From a bacterium (GTDB taxonomy: Bacteria > Pseudomonadota > Gammaproteobacteria > Burkholderiales > Burkholderiaceae_C), in contig JAVBYK010000088.1 of the NCBI GenBank assembly GCA_030824095.1, positions 1-39,360 on the forward strand: 39,360 nt of DNA. Direction: 5' to 3'. Positions 8,958-16,341 of this stretch are shown piece by piece. Each line of letters starts with the position of its first letter. Position 1 is the first letter of the stretch. The notes under the pieces are model-generated. The model did not search any database. It was given only the letters and a program-made list of their open reading frames with translations, and was not told where the DNA came from. Made by a program: the position numbers and the translations under genes.

Positions 8958-9346
8958 GCCCCCAGGCCCATGGTCAGCATGGCGCAGCCGATGATGATGG
9001 CCCGGCGCAGCATGGACACGCCAGCCAACAGCAGCATGGAGCTGTCCCACACGTCAATGCTCGCCTCATTGTCATGCTGAAGGCCGAACTCCATGGCGCC
9101 ACCTCCATCGCCGCCCGCGAGTTGATCAGCGTGCAAAAACCAGTCAGGCCGCGCGTACGGAAAGATGGACCGATCCAGCCAGTAGCCGACCACGGCCGCC
9201 AGCGACACCAGGCTCAGCTTGTACAGGCTCACCGGTAGCTGCTGCGGGGCAATAGCCCACACGCTGACCAGCAGCAAGATGGTTATGAAAAGCCAGCCGC
9301 TTAGTCGCGGCAGGCGCTGCAGGAAGTGGGGTGTTGAGGTGTTCAT
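8954..9346 (-). CDS. Putative 2/3-TM holin
   Basis: GYWLDR..FPYARP and RRAII motifs; TM segments; immediately upstream of the endolysin. Confidence 0.85.
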   Translation of the reverse strand: MNTSTPHFLQRLPRLSGWLFITILLLVSVWAIAPQQLPVSLYKLSLVSLAAVVGYWLDRSIFPYARPDWFLHADQLAGGDGGGAMEFGLQHDNEASIDVWDSSMLLLAGVSMLRRAIIIGCAMLTMGLGA

Positions 9347-9377
9347 GGCGCGACTGTGCCGCGCGCGCGCGAAGGGG

Positions 9378-9401
9378 AATAAATGATGCGCATCAGTTAT
9401 T
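9378..9401 (-). promoter_or_regulatory. Dyad; putative Mor/C-family activator site of the lysis-packaging late promoter
   Basis: AATAAATGATGCGCATCAGTTATT; its reverse complement shares 19 consecutive bp with the site at 23096-23114. Confidence 0.75.
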
Positions 9402-9465
9402 GCCGCGAGCGATGCGCCTTGAAACTGAAGCCTTCCAACCCCGCAACCCAACCTGAACCCACACC

Positions 9466-9801
9466 ATGAAACCCAGCATCGGCCGCATCGTTCTCTTTCG
9501 CCCATCCGCAGTCGTCACCCAGGCCGCCATCATCACCTACGTGCACTCGGAAAGCATGGTGAATCTCGTGGTGTTCGATGCTTTCGGGAATTCGCAGGGA
9601 ATAACTTCAGTTCAACTCGTTGCTCCCGACAGCGGTGATCGCCCCATCGGCCACTACTGCGAGTGGATGCCCAACCAGATCGGCCAGGCGCAAAAGCAAT
9701 CCGAGCCGGTGCTGTTCCCCGTCGACAAGGAAACTGCCGAGACCATGGTGCGCATCATCAAGCGCATCGACACCGAGATGGCCAAAGAGGTCTTGCTCTG
9801 A
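9466..9801 (+). CDS. Hypothetical phage protein
   Basis: PSIGRIV.F...AAIIT.V.....VNL.VF type sequence; phage-like codon usage. Confidence 0.7.
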   Translation: MKPSIGRIVLFRPSAVVTQAAIITYVHSESMVNLVVFDAFGNSQGITSVQLVAPDSGDRPIGHYCEWMPNQIGQAQKQSEPVLFPVDKETAETMVRIIKRIDTEMAKEVLL

Positions 9802-9808
9802 CGCCAGC

Positions 9809-10039
9809 ATGACCGAGGAGCAAATCGCTATGGCGCACGCCTTGAGCGTGGTCAGCTTTGTCCCGGGAACCGGGACCAAGCGGTTTGCTCGCGATATGGG
9901 GTTCATGGTCGCCAATCAGCCCGACCGCGAACTGACACCAAAACAGGCTGAGTACTTGCGCACTGCCGTCATCCGGTTCCGACGCCAAATTCCCCGCGAA
10001 GTGGTCGAAACCGCCATGCGTTTGCAGCCAGCGACGTAA
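9809..10039 (+). CDS. Hypothetical protein
   Basis: ATG 7 nt after the previous stop (MTEEQIAMAH...). Confidence 0.6.
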   Translation: MTEEQIAMAHALSVVSFVPGTGTKRFARDMGFMVANQPDRELTPKQAEYLRTAVIRFRRQIPREVVETAMRLQPAT

Positions 10040-10052
10040 GGAAATACCCAAA

Positions 10053-10946
10053 ATGTTCAAGAACACAACCCTTTACCGCATCGCGTCCGGCCTTCCACTG
10101 GATCTGGTTGACGCATTGAGCCAGCACGCCTTTGCGGAGTGCGGAGCCATCCAACAAAAGTCCGTGGGCTTCGTCCCGCCGCGCGGCCACTCGTATGGTG
10201 ACCTGGTCGAAGTCATTGACGGGCAGCGCATCATGGCCGTGATGATCCAGACCAAGGCCGTTCCCACAGACGCCATCCGCCAGCGTGTGGACGCCGCAGT
10301 GGCGCAGATCAACGAGCAGACCGGGCGCAAACCTGGCAAGAAGGAACGCCGCGAACTCATTGATGACGCCCACCAGGCCCTGATGCCGCAGGCCTTTCCT
10401 CGCACCGCGCGCATCTTCGTATGGGTTGACCCGTTGGCCAGCCGGTTGGTGGTGGACAGCACATCCAAGGCTCGTCTGGACGACGTCACATCCCTGCTGG
10501 TTTCGACATTCGACGGCTTGACACTGCAGGCCCTCTGTACCGACACAGCTCCCACTGCGGCCATGGCGCATTGGCTAGTGAACAAGGAAGGCCCCAGCGG
10601 TTTCAGCATCGACCGGGAATGCGAGTTGAAAGCCTGCGACGAATCCAAGGCTGTGGTGCGCTATGGCCGTCACGCCCTGGACATTGACGAGGTAGCCCAG
10701 CACATCACCCAGGGCAAGATGCCCACCAAGCTTGCGCTGACCTGGCGCGACCGCGTGTCCTTTGTGCTGACCGATGGCCTGCAGCTCAAGAAGCTGACCT
10801 TCCTGGACAGTGTGTTTGAAGGTGCGGCATCCAGCCCGGCCGATGGCCAGGAAGACCACTTCGATGCCGACGTGGCCATAGCTACTGGAGAATTGCGCAA
10901 ACTGATTCCGGATTTAATTGATGTCCTGGGTGGGGCCGCAACATGA
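10053..10946 (+). CDS. rdgC: Recombination-associated protein RdgC
   Basis: MFKN...YR start, GFVPPRG, KLALTW.DRVSFVLT and FDAD motifs. Confidence 0.92.
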   Translation: MFKNTTLYRIASGLPLDLVDALSQHAFAECGAIQQKSVGFVPPRGHSYGDLVEVIDGQRIMAVMIQTKAVPTDAIRQRVDAAVAQINEQTGRKPGKKERRELIDDAHQALMPQAFPRTARIFVWVDPLASRLVVDSTSKARLDDVTSLLVSTFDGLTLQALCTDTAPTAAMAHWLVNKEGPSGFSIDRECELKACDESKAVVRYGRHALDIDEVAQHITQGKMPTKLALTWRDRVSFVLTDGLQLKKLTFLDSVFEGAASSPADGQEDHFDADVAIATGELRKLIPDLIDVLGGAAT

Positions 10947-11004
10947 AGGAATTCTCTGTTCCTGGCGGCGACCGACTTAATGAATGACGCCGACAGGCAC
11001 CGAT

Positions 11005-11523
11005 TCAAGACAGCACCGCAGCGGATTCATCAATCACAGCTGCCTCAAGCTTGAGTAACGAAGTGCGCCATGCTGCTACACCATCTCCGATCAGCTCGCT
11101 CTCGTACAAAATTAACATCTCGGCCCTCGCCGTCGTTGCGTAGAAATCCTTTGCGAAGGCACGCACGCTGGGTAGTCCAATCAAGGCAACGGAATATGCT
11201 TGCGCAGCAGCGCTTGCGGCGGAATCTGCTGCACTTGGTATTGGGGTTGAATTCTTCTGGGAATTCGCCGCGCTACGGGCGTCCAATGCATCGCGAATGC
11301 GATTCTGAGCCAGCAGTACATGTGCCCACAGCTCTCGCAACCTGGCCTCATGCTGCTCCCGAATTCTCTTGGCCTCGCTTCGTTGCCATTGCAGCGCTTC
11401 TTGCCGCTCTGTACGGGTTGCTTGCCTGGCTGCTGCTTTCATGGCAAGAAATTGGGTTGTGATCGCGGCTACCAGCGCACCACCGGCACTGATGAGCGCA
11501 ACCCACACTACGTCATTGCCCAT
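11005..11523 (-). CDS. Hypothetical membrane-anchored helical protein (accessory)
   Basis: N-terminal TM (VALISAGGALVAAITTQ) followed by a helical domain; GGAGG SD. Confidence 0.7.
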   Translation of the reverse strand: MGNDVVWVALISAGGALVAAITTQFLAMKAAARQATRTERQEALQWQRSEAKRIREQHEARLRELWAHVLLAQNRIRDALDARSAANSQKNSTPIPSAADSAASAAAQAYSVALIGLPSVRAFAKDFYATTARAEMLILYESELIGDGVAAWRTSLLKLEAAVIDESAAVLS

Positions 11524-11617
11524 TTGAAGCCTCCACTCGGCGTTCCATTCTGCACACCATAACGTCGCGCCTGGTCTTCCGCGCGTGGTCTTCCTTGCTC
11601 AGCCACTGTTGTGTGGA

Positions 11618-12472
11618 CTAGCGCGAAGCTTGTGTAAAAACCTCGCCAGTAGTCTTGTTGAAAACGACCATCCGCTCCAATTTGCCGAACATCGCGCGGC
11701 CGGAAACCTCCATATCAATCGGAATGTCCCTTGTGGGTGATAATTTTTCTTCGTAGGAGAATGTGTATGGCGCCTCCAACGACACCACAAAAAGACATTC
11801 CATTTGGTCCGCATTCTTGCGGGCATCAGTGGGAGCCATCTCGACGTTAAGCTGCAGAAAACTCTTTCTATCCAAATGCGCAACGACAAGGCCTTCGTAA
11901 CTACTATCTGACACAACCAACTGATCGGGTTCATTACCTTGGGTAAAGACGAAGGCGTATTGATCCGATGACGTTTTAGATACCTCCACCGAAGCTCCGA
12001 AACTGTTTTGAGCCTTGTATTTGCTTCTGTCAATTCTTGTGGTGGCCAGCAGAAGCTTACGCTGCCACGTTGCCCCTGGGCCAAGTCCATCTATTGCGTA
12101 GCGCTTGAGCGGGGGTAGTGCACTCTTCACTTCGAAAGTCTTGCTGTCGGCATCGTACTTTTGGACACACGGACCGGGCATGGGGATAGGCCCAATTGCA
12201 GCCATCCGTTCTTGTAGCGTCACCCTATATTTCTGCTTATCTTCGGTGCTGGAGAACTGATCAGGCGTGCCTGGCACGAGTGCGATCTGACTCTGAACCC
12301 AGTCAAACACCTTCTTGGCATCATTGACCTGGTAGGCGGTGATCTTGGTCTCTGCTTTGTAGAAGACCGGGGTAAATGATGCGGACTTTGCAATTTGGTC
12401 TTTTACCGCGGGTGCTTTCGCGAAGGAGCCCAGACTGCATGCCGCGATGACAGCCGCCACGAATATCTTCAT
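11618..12472 (-). CDS. Exported protein with signal peptide (accessory)
   Basis: MKIFVAAVIAACSLGSFA signal peptide; 284 aa; more AT-rich codon usage than structural genes. Confidence 0.75.
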   Translation of the reverse strand: MKIFVAAVIAACSLGSFAKAPAVKDQIAKSASFTPVFYKAETKITAYQVNDAKKVFDWVQSQIALVPGTPDQFSSTEDKQKYRVTLQERMAAIGPIPMPGPCVQKYDADSKTFEVKSALPPLKRYAIDGLGPGATWQRKLLLATTRIDRSKYKAQNSFGASVEVSKTSSDQYAFVFTQGNEPDQLVVSDSSYEGLVVAHLDRKSFLQLNVEMAPTDARKNADQMECLFVVSLEAPYTFSYEEKLSPTRDIPIDMEVSGRAMFGKLERMVVFNKTTGEVFTQASR

Positions 12473-12507
12473 GCGAATCTCCCAGTTGGTTCAAAACAGA
12501 TTTCCAT

Positions 12508-12846
12508 CTACTTCCCGCCCTGCCCGGCGAGGATGACTTCCACATACCGCCGCAATCTGAACAGCTCCCGCGAATCCAGCTCAACCACCATACGGGTATC
12601 AAACTCACGCTCCATGAAGTCCAGCACCGCTATCCGGTCAAGCAATTGGTCCATCAGCGCCAAGACCTGGCTTTGATCAGACTTGGGCGACGGCCGTGTC
12701 TTGGCGCGGCGCTCAGGTCGAGTCATCGGTTGGGGTGACTGCTCTGCGGGCAGTGTGCAGACAAAGTAAACCGGACCGTGGTTATGAATGATGTGGGCTG
12801 CTTGCCCGTTGACGGTGTCAACTTGAATTGTTGGCGATTCGGCCAT
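12508..12846 (-). CDS. Small protein with N-terminal shared motif and C-terminal helical domain
   Basis: VDTVNGQAAHIIHNHGPVYF, then a P/R-rich linker, then a ~50-aa helical domain; GAAGG SD. Confidence 0.75.
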   Translation of the reverse strand: MAESPTIQVDTVNGQAAHIIHNHGPVYFVCTLPAEQSPQPMTRPERRAKTRPSPKSDQSQVLALMDQLLDRIAVLDFMEREFDTRMVVELDSRELFRLRRYVEVILAGQGGK

Positions 12847-12920
12847 CTATACCTTCCCCTCGGAGATTTGCAGTTAGGACCACACGGCTGTGACACGCCA
12901 AGGTCCTGTGGTCATGATTA

Positions 12921-13478
12921 CTACTGAATCGGTAGCGGTCCAGGCTGATTCTTTCTCAATGTCTTAACCAACGTCCGGGGCCGATTCACCATCAACTCAA
13001 GCATGCAAAAAAGCAATAACGCAACGGCCGATTCATAGATCATGATTCCTGCCCAACGCCAAGACGCTGTGCCAACCTGGCCAACGCTCACCAGCCAAAA
13101 CACAGTCCACCCAAGCCCTGCAAATATGCCAAGGGCCAGCACTACCTGCCGCCAATCGGCCGTGTAGCGTAGTTGAGCTTGATCGTCGTCCCAACCGATG
13201 TAGCCCAGTTCCCACGCGAGCCAAACACTGCTGGGAAATTTTGATTGGTCGAATAAACGTTTTAAGGACTTCTGCGCCGCGACTGGGCACCAGATACGGG
13301 TTTGCTTTTTGAACTCAGTTTGAAGGGTAAACGTGTCCTTGATTGCCACCGTGCGCGGTCGTTGCTTTTTTTCTGGAGCGATGAAGAAATTGGGTCCGGT
13401 GTTGGCAATCCAGTGTGCATTTTGCCCATTCACCGTACCAACTTGCTTTCCGTCATCGTTTATTTCATCGACGTCCAT
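12921..13478 (-). CDS. 2-TM membrane protein with N-terminal shared motif
   Basis: VGTVNGQNAHWIANTGPNFF near the N-terminus; two hydrophobic helices near the C-terminus; start at MDVDEI after GAAGGAAGG (alternative 13496). Confidence 0.75.
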   Translation of the reverse strand: MDVDEINDDGKQVGTVNGQNAHWIANTGPNFFIAPEKKQRPRTVAIKDTFTLQTEFKKQTRIWCPVAAQKSLKRLFDQSKFPSSVWLAWELGYIGWDDDQAQLRYTADWRQVVLALGIFAGLGWTVFWLVSVGQVGTASWRWAGIMIYESAVALLLFCMLELMVNRPRTLVKTLRKNQPGPLPIQ

Positions 13479-13506
13479 GGCGTGCCCTTCCTTCATTCAG
13501 CTGGAA

Positions 13507-14121
13507 CTATTTTCTTGATTTGCTCTTGGTGGCTGGCTGTACACCAAAGTACTGTGGGGCGGTGTTGGTTTGATTGCCTTGAATGTTTTGACCATGCACG
13601 ACTCCCACCGACGGACCTGCAGTTGATCTGGGTGCGCGTGCAGGACTAGCGCGCTTTAGCTTTGGTGCCGGATCTGTTGGTTGTGCGAAGGAATAGTGAT
13701 ACGGCGAACCCGGAGGAGTTTGCTTCGGCGCTGGCAGCACGGGGCCAGTGTCTTTCGGACGCTTGGCGGTTTTCAATCGCGCTGCCAGTTCACACAGAAG
13801 ACGTTGGTCCTCCACGCTGCACGCTTGCCAGTCAGCGAGCAGCTGGGCAGTAATCGCCTCATGTTGTTGTCGCTCTATGGCTGTTTGGTGCAGGGCTGAT
13901 CGCACCGTGCTGGGCGCGCCAGTGAGGATGTAGTCCACATCAAGCTGTAGATCGGGGCGCTTGGCTGCAAGAGCGTACAGCTCATTCGCTGGGAAAGATT
14001 CATTTTTCTTCCGCCCAGCCCACGCACGCGGAGTCATTCCAAGAACTGGCGCGACCTCTCGGTCCTGCACCAATTTCAACTGCTGTTTGAGCCGCAGGGT
14101 GGCCTCTTCAAAAAAAATCAT
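13507..14121 (-). CDS. Prophage repressor (CI-type HTH), no peptidase domain, low-complexity tail with shared motif
   Basis: HTH ending DVDYILTG; divergent from the ner-like gene; tail VGVVHGQNIQGNQTNTAPQYF. Confidence 0.8.
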   Translation of the reverse strand: MIFFEEATLRLKQQLKLVQDREVAPVLGMTPRAWAGRKKNESFPANELYALAAKRPDLQLDVDYILTGAPSTVRSALHQTAIERQQHEAITAQLLADWQACSVEDQRLLCELAARLKTAKRPKDTGPVLPAPKQTPPGSPYHYSFAQPTDPAPKLKRASPARAPRSTAGPSVGVVHGQNIQGNQTNTAPQYFGVQPATKSKSRK

Positions 14122-14130
14122 CGAAACCTC

Positions 14131-14184
14131 TTGATAAATACAGAATGGTATTTAGAATACCGTTAAGTGTTTTAAATACCATTC
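14131..14184. promoter_or_regulatory. Immunity control region: divergent promoters and operators
   Basis: TTGATA-N16-TAGAAT; dyad TAAATAC-N6-GTATTTA (14135-14154); 12-bp inverted repeat GAATGGTATTTA/TAAATACCATTC (14143-14154, 14173-14184). Confidence 0.7.
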
Positions 14185-14209
14185 GCCGTTACCAAAAAAA
14201 GGAGCCGTT

Positions 14210-14398
14210 ATGACCCCTCAGAAAGTTAAAGACCAGTTCGCCGCGCAAGGAATCCCCGTTTCTCAATGGGCAGATCAGCACGGCTTCCGTCGTTCGGATG
14301 TCTATCGAGTGCTGAACGGATTCGCCGCCTGCAAACGCGGTCTGCCTCACCAAATTGCTGTGAAGCTGGGCATCAAACCCGACCCCGCCAAGAGCTAA
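14210..14398 (+). CDS. Ner/Cro-like DNA-binding protein (BcepMu gp16 family)
   Basis: G..VSQWA..HGF....VYRVLNG....KRG..H.IAVKLG.K pattern; AAGGAG SD. Confidence 0.85.
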   Translation: MTPQKVKDQFAAQGIPVSQWADQHGFRRSDVYRVLNGFAACKRGLPHQIAVKLGIKPDPAKS

Positions 14399-14440
14399 GT
14401 CTGATCCCCTTTCATTTACTTCACCGGGACATTTTTACAC

Positions 14441-14968
14441 ATGCCAAGTCTTACTCCCAATCAGAATTTCATCGACAAGTTGCTGCGCCTCAAAGCGGCC
14501 ACATGTTTGGAGCTTGATCAGGACATAGCCGCTCTGCTTGGGCTGAGCAGCACCGCATTCAAGGAAAGAAAAAAGCGCGGCGCATTCCCTGAAAAAGACC
14601 TGCGTGCGATGGTGCAGAAGCGCCCCGATCTGCAACTTGACGTGGGCTACATCCTCAATGGGACCGCGCAAATTCAAGCGCGGCTGCAGTGCAGCCAGGC
14701 CCAAGACGATGAGCTGCTTGCTACCTGCTGGCCGAACGAGCTGGCGCTGGTAGACAGACTTATGGCGGATGCCTTCGATATTCCGCGTGACCCCCGCAGC
14801 GATGCGTATCGTGACGGTGCACGCGCGCTGTTGCTCTTCAAGCTGGTTGATAAGCCTCTCCACAACCCCTTTGAACTAGGCACAGCGTATGCGGATGCCT
14901 GGTGGGCAGGCAGGAATGAGGGTTTGAGCATCATCAAACTTCACTTGTCGTTGAGCTGCCCGGCATGA
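14441..14968 (+). CDS. Second CI-type HTH protein, paralogue of the repressor N-terminal domain
   Basis: LRLK...RKK...FP...L....KRPDLQLDVGYILNG matches the repressor's KRPDLQLDVDYILTG. Confidence 0.75.
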   Translation: MPSLTPNQNFIDKLLRLKAATCLELDQDIAALLGLSSTAFKERKKRGAFPEKDLRAMVQKRPDLQLDVGYILNGTAQIQARLQCSQAQDDELLATCWPNELALVDRLMADAFDIPRDPRSDAYRDGARALLLFKLVDKPLHNPFELGTAYADAWWAGRNEGLSIIKLHLSLSCPA

Positions 14969-15270
14969 CCCGCAAAACCGACTACACCAACTCCGCCCAG
15001 CAGCGCCTGCTGCAGCTGGTGGACCTGTTGGCGGGCCATGAACTGGGTGGTCTGGCACCCGGGCAGATCGCCCGGGCCATGGACTGCAATGCCAGCACAG
15101 TGACGCGCGACCTGGACAACCTTAAAAGCGCCGGTTGGGCCGAGCAGACAAAGACCGAGACCTGGCGCTTGTCGCCCCACGTGGTGCAACTGTCTTTGCG
15201 CCATGCGGCGGCTATGCGTCTGGCGCGCACCGAATTCGATGACGTAACGCAGCGCTACGGCAACCACTAA
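14965..15270 (+). CDS. IclR-like winged HTH protein
   Basis: QIARAMDCNASTVTRDLDNL..AGWAEQ...WRL; ATGA overlap. Confidence 0.75.
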   Translation: MTRKTDYTNSAQQRLLQLVDLLAGHELGGLAPGQIARAMDCNASTVTRDLDNLKSAGWAEQTKTETWRLSPHVVQLSLRHAAAMRLARTEFDDVTQRYGNH

Positions 15271-15294
15271 CCCCCACTCTTCGGAAAGCATTAC

Positions 15295-16320
15295 ATGACG
15301 AACAAAGGCCGCAAACCCCTGCCTAATGCCACCACCGTGCCGGTCACTGTCAATAAGGCGCTACTGGCGGCAGACAACGCCGTTGCAGACCAGTTGATCG
15401 AATTGAAGGCGGGCTACTCAGACGAACGTGACTTGGCCAATCAGTTGCTGGGGCAGGCACAAATGGCTGACTCGTTGAGCAAGTTCACCCAGACAGTCAG
15501 CATCAGCAAACTGGCCTATGTCAAAGAGCACAAGCTCTACAAAGCCCTCAAAGGCAAGAAAATTCCGCACGGTGCGGAATTTTCAGTTGCTGCTCAGGGG
15601 GGAGATGCCGAAAAAACTCCGCACGGTGCGGAATTTTTGTCCGGAACGTGGGCGGAATACTGCTCTCTGCTGGGAAAGTCAGAAGACCAAATTGACCGCG
15701 ATATCGCCAACCTGCAAGCCTTTGGCGAAGCTGCTCTCGAATCCATGTCCGCCATGGGCATTGGCTACCGAGATCTGCGCCAATACCGCCGCCTGCCCGC
15801 CGACGAACAGCAGGCGTTGATCGAAGTTGCCAAGGCCGGCGACAAGGATGGCTTCCTGGACCTAGCCGAAACACTGGTCGCCCGCCACGCCAGCGAGAAG
15901 AAGACCTTGGAGGGCAAGCTCGAAGCCAAGGACAAGGTCCTGGCCGACAAGGCCGAGCGCATCAACAAGTTGGAATCCGACCTGGATGCTGCCACCACCC
16001 TGACCGCACCCAAGCTACCCACCGCCGCGTTGGACGCCGCCACCGCCGCCGCGTTGTCCGCCATGGTCCAACTGCTGCCCGCCGTGGATGCCCTGATGCA
16101 AGTAGGCGACGAGGGCCTGCAACTGCGCGCCCGCCAGAGCGTGGAATTCCTCGTCCAGCAGCTCGCAGGCTTGTGTGACCAATTCAACATCCAGGTGGAC
16201 CTGGATGGCTGCTTGCCGCCCCCGTGGCTTGACGCTGCTGCCATAGCTGCCCTTGAGGAGCGCGATGCCCAGCAGGCCGCCACCAAGGCCGGCAAGAAGA
16301 GCAAGAAGACCGAGGGCTGA
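15295..16320 (+). CDS. Conserved pre-transposase protein of B3/BcepMu-like phages (DUF3102-like, tentative)
   Basis: GTWAEYC and FGEAALESM..MGIGYRDLRQYRRLP motifs, coiled coil, gene position. Confidence 0.7.
   Translation: MTNKGRKPLPNATTVPVTVNKALLAADNAVADQLIELKAGYSDERDLANQLLGQAQMADSLSKFTQTVSISKLAYVKEHKLYKALKGKKIPHGAEFSVAAQGGDAEKTPHGAEFLSGTWAEYCSLLGKSEDQIDRDIANLQAFGEAALESMSAMGIGYRDLRQYRRLPADEQQALIEVAKAGDKDGFLDLAETLVARHASEKKTLEGKLEAKDKVLADKAERINKLESDLDAATTLTAPKLPTAALDAATAAALSAMVQLLPAVDALMQVGDEGLQLRARQSVEFLVQQLAGLCDQFNIQVDLDGCLPPPWLDAAAIAALEERDAQQAATKAGKKSKKTEG
15558..15638. repeat. Two intragenic 27-bp palindromes, 54 bp apart
   Basis: GAAAATTCCGCAC-G-GTGCGGAATTTTC (15558-15584) and AAAAACTCCGCAC-G-GTGCGGAATTTTT (15612-15638). 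Confidence 0.85.
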
Positions 16321-16341
16321 GCCGACTCCCCCCCCACAAAC

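Noticed and set aside
11565-11594. Short tandem repeat CGCGC(C/G)TGGTCTTC
   Set aside because: Only two copies with no spacers; not a CRISPR array, and no function can be supported.
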